NCBI GenBank assembly: GCA_000708835.1
Contig: DF237166.1
Span: forward strand, 62,001-126,000
Length of the DNA stretch: 64,000 nt
Direction of reading: 5' to 3'
Source: Klebsormidium nitens
Lineage: Eukaryota; Plantae; Klebsormidiophyceae
The position numbers and the translations under genes are program-made. The notes under the pieces were generated by a model. It saw nothing but the letters and a program-made list of their open reading frames with translations. It searched no databases and had not been told where the DNA came from. Every line of letters begins with the position of its first letter. Within the stretch, counting starts at the first letter, position 1. Of this stretch, positions 1-11,760 are shown one piece after another.

Positions 1-217
1 GCTAAAGTCGGTGACTTGAAACAAGGAGAGTGTTCATACTCGACATAGCAGCGTCTTTCAGACAGCGGGCTCCTTGCGGCGTCTGCTTGAGATGGTCCGG
101 TGAGAACCGAAGTGCAGTTTCCACCTTTCACATTCCCGTGTCCGAGCCCTCGCTTACAGGCCTTCTAGCCCTGCGTTCTCATTTCCTTATCCGCTGTGTT
201 CCGGTTCTGCTGTGCAG

Positions 218-3200
218 GTGATTGAGGAGGAGACGGAAAAGCTACAGGGCCTGGAGCCGAGCAGCTCCGAGTTCAACGTCACGCGCAACTACCTCGACTG
301 GCTGACATCAGTGCCCTGGGGGCACCACAGGTGAGAAGATTCTGCGAAGAGCTTATATACTGTCTCACTTTGTCTGTTGGAACTGTTCTCATCAAATCTG
401 TGGTTCTGTCGCTGGTCTTTGTTGTCGAGATATTATTTCCGCAGCGATGAGGCGCTTCCGGTCCTTTTGCTTTACAAAATGCTGAACCGTCACCTTGACC
501 GGCGGTTGCAGCAAGTTTGCCTCCATTTTCCTTGACTACGAGTAACCGTCTCTCATCTCTAGCAGTCTCCAACTCTACTCATGTGTCATCGCTAACCTCT
601 CCAAACCCGTCTTAACAATCCGAGACCTTCGTAAGTCTCTTCCCGACCACTAATGATCTTCAAATCTATTCTTACAGCAAGGAGAACTTCGACGTCCGGC
701 AGGCGCAGCAGATCCTGGACCAGGACCACTACGGCTTGACTGACGTCAAGGTGAGGCTGGCCCCTTCTCCTGCGTAACTTCTTTGATTTGACGTCAATTT
801 CAAGCGTTGATCCATTGCCAACTGCCCTTTTCGTTCTTGTTCTGACATCCCTTCGGACATTCCCAGAAGCGCTTTGTATTTTTGCAAGGCTCTGCAGACC
901 ATGTTGCGTTATCGGGTTCCCGGCTTTGCGAACAGCAACCTGTTGGGATAGCCCGGACGCTTCTCTGCTTCTCCTCATATTCATCCCTTTTTTGAAAAGC
1001 GATGCCCCTTTCGACGTCCACGTGCATGATGCGGGTGGATAGCATGATGGTTTCAAAATCGTCTTCGTCCCAGTCTCAGCATTCCTCGTGGGCTCTGCTA
1101 GAGGTTCATTTGGCAGACTGGGAGGACGAAGAGTGTGTATTGGTCGTTGTGCTGTCTCGGTGTCAGGGCAATAAGAGCGAATTGTTGAGCCGTCTCCTAC
1201 TCAAAAAGCGTGCTGTGGCGAAGTTTCCGCTTGTCTCACTTGCGGTCAATCGCTTTTCTTCTTAGCCTCTCAACGCGGAAAGGTCGACAGGTATGCGTCA
1301 CTGACTCTCGACCGCCCACATCTAGACTTAGCCAACTCTCGATCGGAGTCTCTTAAGTTTCAGCACCCCCTACGTTGCCAGGAGCGTATTCTCGAGTTCA
1401 TCGCTGTGGGCAAACTGAGGGGGTCGTCTCAGGGCAAGATCATTTGCTTGTCGGGCCCTCCCGGGACGGGAAAGACCAGCATCGGCCGCAGCATCGCGCA
1501 CGCGCTCAACAGGAAGTTCTATCGCTTCAGCGTCGGGGGGCTGAGCGACGTGGCAGAGATCAAGGTAAACGTACCCCCCTTGACGGGTGGATTTGCATTT
1601 ACATCTTGGTGTAGGCGTAGTAAGTAATGCATCTTAGATTTGGAACACTGGAAGACGACTTGTTTGAGTTCGCTGCCTCTTATCTGTCAGACGCTCGCTT
1701 CGTTATCGACGACTTGACTGACAACGAGCCGAGAGGGGGTAACGTCGCCCATTTATCAGATTAGCTATGAAGCAAGCGTACGGGATTGTGTGGGAAGTTA
1801 CGAGCATGATTGCCCGTCACGAAGGAAAAGTAAGAGCTCCGGTAGTCTGCAAGCTCAAACACGCTGTGCTGAGAGGCCATCCGCCAAGCTAAGACGCTTC
1901 GCTTGCAGAATGCCTCTCTGTGACAAAAAGTCCTCTTGAGCTTGTTGCGACAGTAACTCCAACCTAGTTCTCAGGATCCTCAAGAGGTCTCTTCTTAACG
2001 GACGTAGACGATCGCAGAACCTATCTCCTCATGGGGTTCTATCACCGCAGTGAGACGGGTTCTGATTTGAACACATCAGGCTCTTATTCAAGTCCATCTT
2101 TCAATGAGATTCCAGAGATCCGGAAAGCTTTAAAGCTTTAACCTGCCTCAGCCCAGAGCCTGATGTGGAAGAAGTTGATTCAGTCACTCAATGCAATCGG
2201 CTGCAGGGTCAGCGGCGGACTTACGTCATGCCTGGCCAAAATTGCGCAGTTGAAACGGGCCTAGACGTCAAGGCTCGTTTAACGAACATTGACACGAAAG
2301 TGGCCCGAAAGCTTACCCCAGAGTGCAACTTAAATATCCCGCAGGGCCACTGCGCAAGTACGCATCAGTGGGCGCGCCATGCTCGGCAAAACGATGCAGT
2401 GCAGAAAGCTCTCGCTAAGGCAGACCTGAACCAAAAATCCCGACCTGAAATCGTGATCACCCGAACCGCATCTCTGCGGGGCCACCGGCGAACGTACGTG
2501 GGCGTGTCCCGTCGAGATGGTGCAGTGCCTGAAGACGATGCTAAGGCAGACGGGAGTCCGACGCCTCAACCGCAATTCCTAACCCTCAATTCGAAACTCT
2601 GACTGTAAACTCAACACAAAAATGAACTTTGCAGGGTCACCGGCGGACGTACGTGGGCGCTATGCCGGGCAAGATGGTGCAGTGCCTGAAGTCGGTCCAG
2701 ACCGCCAACCCGCTGGTTCTGATCGACGAAATCGACAAGCTGGGGCGCGGCTACCAGGGGGATCCCGCCAGCGCGCTGCTCGAGCTGCTGGACCCGGAGC
2801 AGAACAGCAACTTTTTGGACCACTACCTCGACGTGCCCGTCGACCTCTCCAAGGTGCGGGGGCGATCGATCTTTCGTGCTCCTTGGTCTTCGTTGTTTGT
2901 TCTCCTTTGTGAAGTTCTGGGGTTAACAGGTGTCTATATTCTTAGCTTTCGAAGGTTGGATGTTTGGACGTTTCTGGATTTGTGACTTGCCATTCACCTT
3001 GCCACTCGAAGATCAGCATTCACTACCTTGACGTGCCAGCCGACCTGTCCAAGGTGCGCCCATCAGTATCAGTCTTCGCGTTTTCGATGTTGGATTACAA
3101 GATTGTTCTTTATCTGGCATTTGAATCTAGGAGATGTGGGTCCAACGGAGGTGCCTGGCTCGTGGGTTTTGAATGTGAAGCCTTTGACTTGGCCTGGCCT

Positions 3201-6200
3201 GAAAGCTTTTGGACCTATGCTTGACTACTAGGACAGCTACTTCTTGGACATCACCTCGACGTGGCCGTCGACCTCTCCAAGGTGCGTGGACGTTCGGCCT
3301 TTTGTCCTGACTGGTCTCCCATTCATGACCTGTTTCTCTCCCTTTGGTTATTGGGGCCATCAGCTAGTCTGTATGTCTGGGAGCCACGTCTTTTCCCACA
3401 CTGTTTCCGACAGAAAGAAGAGCACCACCTGGATTACTTCCTCGACGTGCCCGTCGACCTTTCCATGGTGGGGTCATGGATATCTAAAGTCAATGTTCGG
3501 TTACAGACATGGCGAAGTTGTGGAAGATGTGGGCCTAGAGGATCTGAGTTGAACGAGTTCTGAGATCCTGAGATTAAGAAACTTTCTATCTTTACTTGAC
3601 GATGACAAGCTTTTGGACTTACGCCTGATTAGCACAACAGTAACTCCTTGGGACCACTATCTCGACGTGCACGTCCACCTCTCCAAGGCGCTCCTATGGG
3701 TTATGGGTTACGGGGTGGCCGCTTTCGACCAGCGTGCTGTCACGATAATGACAACAGCTGTTGCTTTGATGATTACCTTGACCTGCCCGTCGACCTGTCC
3801 AACATTTGTTTAGTTTTAGTGCTTTCTCCATTTGTGAAAAGTGCCTTTCTGAGTCTCGTTGGGTCTTTTTGGACTTTCTAGATTGGCCACCATTCTTGTT
3901 GGCAATGGCCTTGGTTCGACAAGCACATTATAACTGTCTCAGCTCACTAGCTCGAATGCTCGTTGGCCTCTTCAAATTTACATGGGTGTTCAGGCTTCGC
4001 CCTTACAGATTGTCGTGGGTTTTGGGCTGCTGGGCTCCTTTGACAAGCTTCTGAACCCGTCCGCTTTGCCACTGATTGTGTTAGCGAGAGCTTTGAATGA
4101 TAACGAGAGCAGCATAGCTTGTATCCGTTGGTGTTACTTGCTCTTCGACCTGTTCCAGGTAGGATCACGGAATCTTTAAGATTCGATCTCCGTGGCCCTC
4201 AGGTCCTTGCATCTCGAGCATTTGCCGCTGCTAAGACTCATAAGAGGGCTAGTCGACAAGCAGATTGCAACTTTCTATTGCAACATCGGTGTGCCCGTCG
4301 ACTTGTCCAAGGTTCGTAAACTGCGAGCTACCACCGAAGAGTCGGGCTTTTCTAGAAGTGAGTGAGCGTTGTGACGTTTTGGGGTGTCATCTGTTGTCGC
4401 CTTTTGAATATCGGATCCTCCTGGCGTCACTTGGAGACCCTCGGTGTTATGAATAGACAAGGTCGGGCCCCTGGATTCTTCCGTAAATCAAGCAGTGTTG
4501 TCCGTCGTTCTGATTATCATCGCTTTTGAATTGCGAGCTTTCCGTAACCCAGATAATCAGCGACTCCCGAGATTTCAGGATTGACAAATTGCTGCCGCTC
4601 TCCCTTTTCTGACCATCTCCGACTCCAACAAGCAGAGCACGGTTTTCAACCGAGCCTCGACCTGTCCGCCGTTTATGAGCCTTTTGTTTTGGCTCAGTGG
4701 GTGCGAAGTTGACTGCACCGCTCTAGTTTGCAATCTGCTGTTTCCCAGACCAGCGACAGCCACTCCATACCAGCAGGATAAAAACATTCCTCGGAATTGA
4801 CAATTGACACTTCTCAGAGCGTGTTCACACTAGCAGGTGCATGGTCAACGTGACGCAGACTCTGCAAAGTATGTTGACAGCGATCGCTTTCACATCCGAC
4901 CTAGCTCTCCGTTGTGTATTCCACCGTATTCACATCGCTCCTTTCCCCCGCAATCGGTGTGTATGTGTACAGACCAGTATGTTGGCGACTCCTCTTAGGG
5001 TTCTCCGAATCATTGCACTTACATCCGCCCATTCATTTAGGCATTGACCCCGTATTCACACCGGTCCTTTTCCCCGCAGGTGTTGTTCATGTGTACGGCC
5101 AACGTGGTGGAGGACATTCCCGGGCCGCTGCGAGACCGTATGGAAGTCATTCGCTTGGTGGGGTACATTGCAGACGAGAAGATGCACATCGCACGCGACT
5201 ACCTGGAGCCGACAGCGCAAAAGAACTCGGGAGTCAGGTCAACGGAGGTGAGCCGATATCTGGACTCAAAAAAGACTTTTTTCTTTCCATTCCTTGTTTC
5301 TCCGGAAAGAAGAGCCCTCTTTCCTTTTCTTTCTTTTCAATGTCGAACGAGGAGAGGAAGGGAGCAATGCCCGCTGTGTTCGACAGTAATGCAGCCGGGG
5401 GAAGTTGGCGGAGTGATGGATGGTTTGCCTTTGAGAAAAACGAGGGCCGCGAAGTAGCAAGCACGAAGTAGCATGCAACGTAAGGCTGGTAAGTGAATCG
5501 TTATCTACCGCATGGCACTTGCATGTTGTGTTGTTCGAATCTTGACATCATTTGGGAGACAACAGGTCAGGGGAACAGCAGAGGACACTCAAACAAGCGA
5601 AGTAATGAACCGACGAACTGTACGGAATCACAGATTTGTCTGCTCTGCCTGACAACGACAGCGCACACTGGCCTAGTGACGTCGTATTGTGCGCTGATGG
5701 CTCCAGGATCCGCACACGGAACTGTTTCGGAATGTGCCCCTTGGACTTCCGACTCCTCAATCAGCGCAACTAGATTTTGAGATGTTTGTTTTGCCAACGG
5801 TGGCTATCAGACGGTGCCTCTATCTATGGTGCCTCGATTCGGACTGTTCAAGGAAAGGCGCTCGGTTTACGAGGACAGCTTATAACTCACATGCACGCGA
5901 GCGATAGGTGGCTCACAAATAGTTTCGAGTACGACCGAGCGTAAAGAATATTCTCGCGAAGGTCCTCGAAGAGGTCTTGTAAGATTCTCGACATGCCGAT
6001 GGATCATACTTCTGTACCTTTCAAATCGTGTGGCTTTACATGCACAACAATCCAAGGGATGCCACGTGGCGGGATGCAGAGCATGCAGTTCGTCTGGTCC
6101 TTCACGAAGAATTGATGCAGCTGTCGTAACCCATAGCGTACTCGAAGGCCTATTCCTCGGCAATGTCATTAAGCTACCCATTGTCGCTCTTTCTATGTTC

Positions 6201-8663
6201 GCAGGTGATTGGGTTTATTAACCCTTGAACACTAACCGCGACGCAGATGGTCAATTCCTGAGGCCAGCTGAAGACCGCTGATCGCAGCTTCTCGTAGTAA
6301 GTTGACCTCACGGCAAGCTAACTAAAGCAACCGCTTAAACCCTAAACCCCGAAAACCCTGAAATCTCTGAACGGGCTCGTCTGCCTCTTTTTGCAGGCGG
6401 AGATTGCGGAGGACGCCCTGCTGGAGCTCATCGAGACGTACTGCCGAGAGGCCGGGGTGCGGAACCTTCAGAAACAGATCGACAAAGTGTACAGAAAAGT
6501 GAGCTGACGCAGTTCTCGCACATCCCCTGCTGACGTCATTCATCTCGCACATCCCATGCTGACGTCATTCAGATCGAACTTTCGGCGGCGTGTCGTAAGA
6601 CGGGATGGATAACCTTCAAATTGTCGCCAGTGGTAGCTGCTTCCACCGTTTGTTTCACGATGGACGGCAAAAGAATCCGCCCGAATGAGCGGGCATTTCG
6701 CTGAAACCTTTGGCACGTAAATTTTACTGGGCGCCCATGCATCCCCCTCGTGCTTCCCTGCCTGCACGTTTTTCCCGGCGCCCACTGTAAGTTTCTGGTC
6801 CAATCAACCAACGCTCCGACTGCAGATCGCCCTCCGAATCGTCCGGCAACGGCTGGCGCTCGAGAGCGCCACCCAAGACGCCCGGGACGCGTTCAATAAG
6901 TCCTACGCCAAGCGGTTATGGGACACAATCTCCGCAAACCCCAAACCCCAAAATACTAAATCCGACGAACCCGAAAACCCTAAAACTACGGAGGCTCCTT
7001 CGGAGCACTTAGCAAGCCTCGAGATCGAAAAGGGCACCGAGGACAAGATGGTCGAGGACGCGGTTAAGGACGAGGAGGGCGCGTTTTCGGGGGAGAAAGT
7101 CGTGGTGACCAAGGATAACCTGAGCGAGTTTGTCGGTAACCCGGTTTTCACGAGCGAGAAGCTGTACGACGCGACCCCGGTGGGAGTGGTTATGGGCCTC
7201 GCGTGGACGGCGATGGGGGGGTCTACGCTCTACGTTGAAACGAGGTGAGGCGGTTCAATTCTGTTCGAGGAATCTCTCTGTGAATATTGGCAGCCCAAAT
7301 AAGTAGAAGCGTCCTGTTCGCGAGGAGTTCCATGCTCTTTGTCTGAAACGAAGTTGGCCTATTCAGTTTTCTGAGGTTCGCTGCTATTACAGAAGATCCC
7401 GATCCCAAGCTTGAAAGGACCCTTTTGAAGCACACAGGGCAGGAACACGCCGCCCCTTTCTGTCGCATCCTCCGAAGCTCTCCTCATGCGGCCCGAAAGC
7501 TTTGAGACTCCGTCAAAAAGATGCACTCTCTCCCCCGTACTCCAACTGGTCAGGCTTTTCACGTGGTGTAAGAGCGTAGAGTCATCAACTTCACAATCCT
7601 TACTTCCAAGAACTCACCTGCGTTTGCACGTCTTACCGCAATCAACACTAAACTTGGGTTTGCATGTCATCCTCAATTTCAAGAACTTATCTTCACTCCC
7701 CCGTTCGCAGCGTGATCGAGACCGGGGAGAACAAGGGCGGCATCACTGTGACGGGCCAGCTGGGTGACGTCATGAAGGAGAGCACGTCGATCGCGCTGAC
7801 GGTCGCGCGCGGGCTCCTGCGGCGGTCGCACCCGGACAGCAACTTCTTCCGGGATTCGCGGATGCACTTGCACGTGCCCGCGGGCGCGACGCCTAAAGAT
7901 GGGCCCAGCGCGGGCTGCACCATGATCACGTCCATGCTGTCGCTTGCGATGGACAAGTGAGTCGATGTTCTGCTGCTGCTCGGCTTCTTTTGGTCTCTTC
8001 TTGAAGTTCTTTATAGTTCCCGCTTCGTTCGTGTATTTCTGGATTTGAATCCAGTTCAATATTCAAGATCCTTAAATCGTTGGTCCTTCGAGGCTTTGTC
8101 GCTCCCTTTTTTCGTTTCTGCGTTCTTCCTTGGCTCGTCTCGACCACTCTTCTTTCTCCGTCGATTTATACCTACTATGGCATGGTAGATCCATAAGGGA
8201 CTTATCTGTACTTCAGCCCTTTCCTTCTTTGTCCGTACGGTAGAGCCCGATCATCCCTCCTCACTTTCAAAAAGCTCACTTACATCACATGCGATCCATC
8301 AGCTGACCCCGTCGACTGTTCGATGCTGTTCCTGATCATTTTGATATCTTTTCCCACAGGCCTGTCCGACCAAACCTCGCGATGACTGGGGAGGTTACGC
8401 TCACGGGCCGTGTGCTCCCGATCGGCGGGGTCAAGGAGAAAACAATTGCGGCGCGGCGCAGCGGAGTGAGCCAGGTGATCTTCCCGTTCGAGAACAAGCG
8501 GGACTACGACGAGCTGCCGACGCACGTGAAAGAGGGCCTCGACGTGCACTTTGTCAAGCACTACAGTGAAATCTTTACGCTCGCTTTCGAGTACGACGGG
8601 GAGGGGCAGCGGCCCGCGCAAGGCAAAGACTCGACAGTGCGGCAGTTCGAGGTTGAGTCCTAG
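218..8663 (+). CDS. LON1: Lon protease (AAA+ ATPase plus Ser-Lys protease domain), mitochondrial LON1-like; 5' exons lie outside the window
   Basis: Phase-consistent exons 218-330, 678-750, 1382-1564, 2635-2853, 5080-5247, 6397-6498, 6826-7244, 7711-7956, 8360-8663. Translation contains [11 protein letters not shown], Walker [22 protein letters not shown], Walker [21 protein letters not shown], catalytic PKDGPSAG and [20 protein letters not shown]. Confidence 0.96.
2201..2535 (+). repeat. Three degenerate copies of the Lon exon-4 acceptor plus exon start
   Basis: Copies near 2201, 2340 and 2474 resemble the real junction tgcag|ggtcaccggcggacgtacgtgggcgctatgccgggcaagatggtgcagtgcctgaag at 2630; spacing about 135-155 bp. 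Confidence 0.85.
3021..4316 (+). repeat. Array of degenerate copies of the Lon exon-4 end plus donor
   Basis: cactacctcgacgtgcccgtcgacctctccaag|gtgcg (real, ends 2853) recurs with ends near 3053, 3281, 3467, 3687, 3803 and 4311; weaker traces near 4155 and 4665. Confidence 0.9.
6514..6571 (+). repeat. 29-bp tandem duplication just inside a Lon intron
   Basis: tctcgcacatccc[c/a]tgctgacgtcattca occurs twice, starting about 15 bp after the donor at 6499. Confidence 0.8.
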
Positions 8664-9659
8664 TTTGAGGTCGGATGACGTGTACAGATATAGCAGTCTC
8701 ACGAACCATTGGGATAACGAAGTGACTCCGCGAAAACACATGATGTGTCTTAATTCTTGCAAACCACATGCTGTTTCAAGCCTTATCTAAGTATCACTGT
8801 TCTGATCAATCGTACATGCATAACCTCATGAGGCATGCTCCCTGCTTGCGGAGAGGCGATGTTTCTATGCCTGCAAAAACGGACACCTGAGTGTACGAGT
8901 CGACTGTGATCGGACTGAAAAGAGTTGGCAGGACTACAATAGTATCGTCGGAAGCATATACAACTTGACAGCTAGTGCAGCGCCGCAGGCTCGATATGCC
9001 CACATGCGCAGGAACTTCTAGTAGGCAGCTGGCTGCTGAAAAGCACATGATGCATGCATGTGACCCAAATAGTAGCGCTGTGGCAGTAAATTCATCATGA
9101 TCTGCCATGCTCTCATGCCAATGTTGGCTGAGATATGATGGACGCAGCTTTTCAACCACTGCATGCATTCTGACATGTGAACAGTGGCGGCTGAAATGAA
9201 AAGCACGACATTTGTCAACTTGCACCATGAGAACAGCGAGTGACACTCAGATACTCTCAACGATCTGAAGATGAGGATCAGTTGGCGGAACCAATGTGAG
9301 TCAACCCAACTCAGTAAAGAACTCCAAACACTTTTGACTTATTAGGGCTCGGTAAAGTTCGTAGGTCCACAAGCTATTTTAGCTAGTGCTACGTAAAGCA
9401 AGGGACATTGTAATGTACATACTCGGATCAGATTCAGTAAACGTCCTTCTAGGTATATACCTGGCAAGCACACGCAAACGCTGGCGAACGACCTAGGGTG
9501 GCATATCTACAGTTGTCTAGGAAGTGAACCATTGATAAATAGGATACCCGTCGCAACGAGCCCTGCCATATGTGCGAAATTGAACGACTTGATCACTGCC
9601 AGCTGCTAGTCTCAAGAATGTTGGTCCACACAAGCGGGGGAGGGCAGCGACCCAGCCAC

Positions 9660-11760
9660 CTAGCAGACCGGCGCCCTGTGGGGGATCCCTTTCCTCCGCT
9701 TGTTCCCAAAAGATGCCCGGTACGACTGCGCACACGACGGCGGCGTCGAGGGAGGCGTCAACGAGGTGCTGCTGCTGGGCGTCGCCAACCGCACTGGCGA
9801 GGGGGCCCGCGACAGCTGGGCCGCAGCCCTCCGCTTCTTCTTCAGGAATCCCCCCGCATTAAACGCCTCGCTGAGCTGCTTTACGAGCTCCTGATGCTGG
9901 CTCCGGAACGGATTTGCGCTCTCGTCGAGCCGCCGTTCCTCGCTCGCGCTGAGGACCTTCCGGTAGCTCTTGAACGGCCGGTAGGGCGACTCGTTGTCCG
10001 AGTTGGGGGCGCCGACCTCGCGCAGCGCTGGCAGGGGAGGGGAGCTCTGGCGGCTGAGAGTGCTGAGCTGGCGCTTGAGCTGCTTGTCAAGGGCGTACTT
10101 CTTGCGCGAGCCCTGGGAGTCTTCCGAGTCAGCAGGGAGGAGGCCGGGCTGGTAGCGGGGGCACATTGACAGCGTGTCATCCTCAGGATCCTTCTCAATG
10201 CCGGCAAGCTGCAGAGGAGGGGCCAGAGGGGGGGGTCAGTCATATAAAAGATGGGGAGCTGGGAGTGAGCTGACAGAGATGACAGGTGGGGACAGAGTCC
10301 TGTTGTGGGTGTATGCGTCAGAGGCGCCTTCTGAAGCAATGTGGCAATGCATGCCCTTGCAGAGTAGAGCTTAAGGATACGCCTTGAGCTGCATTGCAGC
10401 CTGCATGCCTAAAACCAGAGGGAGCTGCCAGCTGACAGTAATTGCAACTGAAGGTCTACAGCTGTAAGCTGCACTTGTGAGTGGGAGCTGATTGAGCTTA
10501 GGCGAGTCCTGAGTGAGCTTATGCAAGTCCCCAGTGAGCTCATGCAACTCCCCAATGAGCTCATGCAAGTCTGGCCAATCAATGCAAGGCCAGCAGGCAA
10601 TCAAGTCAGCTCAATCGCCTGTCCAATTGTGCTTACCTTGCAACCCAGGGAGCAGAAACGCATGGGGTCGTTCAAGACACGGTCGCAGATCTCGCACAAA
10701 TGTATTTGACCCTTGGTGGACTTGAGCTGCGGCCTGTCAGCCAGGAAGACAATCTTGTTGCCGTTGATGATGTACGTCTGGATGTTGTACAAGTCAACCA
10801 GCCGCTGAATTTCATTTACCCTGATGCAGTCATGGTAGGAGGAGCGCCGTATCTGCACCGGGGACAAGGGGGGTTCAGCTGGAGCAGGGAACACGAGAGC
10901 GAGCTCAGCACAATGTCAGCTGCTGGCCAGCATTTTCAGCATTGTCATTCTCGTTGCAGAAATAGCCCGACCCTGAATTGTGGACACTGACCAGTCCAGC
11001 TTCATAGCATAATCAGCTGAACTTCAGGCACTTGAGCTACGTTCTTGTGAAGGCCACCAACTGCAGCTCCAAAGCATGTCTGACTCCATTTTCTATTCCT
11101 GATTTTAAGGGACTAATCCGACTTTCATTGAAAGGCGGGCATGGATGATTGCACTAACCTGGATAATGTTGTGGCTGGGATGCTCCGCAACACAGAGAGT
11201 GCACAGACTGTACCGCTCCCCCACCGACGCGCACTCCATGCAAAACATGTTACATTCGTTCTTGTGCGACGCAGCTGAGCACGATTCTGCGGTATGCAAC
11301 TCGCATGGGCCAAAGTAACTTGTAGTGATGAGGGGCTCCAGCCAATCTGGGCCTGTCTTCGAGCCCAAGGTTGGAATTGTTGGTGGACATTTTCCAACCT
11401 GCAAAGTACAGCAGTGCTTTCATTTAGAGCGCTGCAACCACTCAAGCAGTTGAGTAGCAACTTGTTTTCTGCTTGGCTTCCTCAATCATGCAGCATTTCC
11501 CTCATGCAGCTTGTACTGAACAAGTCTACTTGTGCAAGTTGAGCTCAAGAAGATATGCACCCAATCTGGTTGGTGCAGAGAGGTGGTAGAATACAGGCAA
11601 TGCCAATCAGTACTATCTTAGCAATATCCCCAGACACAGCTAGCATTATTTACCTAGCTGCGAGAGCCCAGAGTCCACATGTCAAAGCGGTCTGAAATCT
11701 TAACAACTTCCATGTGGAAGCGGTGCTGATACTGACAAGTCAAATGCTGTAGCTCACCAT
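9660..11760 (-). CDS. PLATZ zinc-dependent transcription factor
   Basis: Exons 11758-11760 (ATG only, inferred), 11159-11398, 10637-10852, 9660-10208. Motifs WLEPL..YF..C..H, NECNMFC..C, Cxx[31 protein letters not shown]....RFCSLGCK and C-terminal [11 protein letters not shown] are typical of PLATZ. Confidence 0.93.
10514..10571. repeat. 21-bp minisatellite, about 3 copies, in a PLATZ intron
   Basis: tgagct[t/c]atgcaa[g/c]tcccca[g/a] repeated. Confidence 0.75.

Noticed and set aside
2165-2602. 145-aa ORF containing GHRRTYVG-like motifs, suggesting a second Lon gene
   Set aside because: The motifs are short frameshifted echo copies inside an intron, not an independent gene.
3021-4316. Possible CRISPR-like array (regularly spaced repeats)
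   Set aside because: Units are diverged copies of the Lon exon end, spacing is irregular and the spacers are themselves related; eukaryotic context and no cas genes.
6336-6362. Telomere-like aaaccctaaaccccgaaaaccctg
   Set aside because: Only one exact unit; too short to call an interstitial telomere or a functional telo-box.
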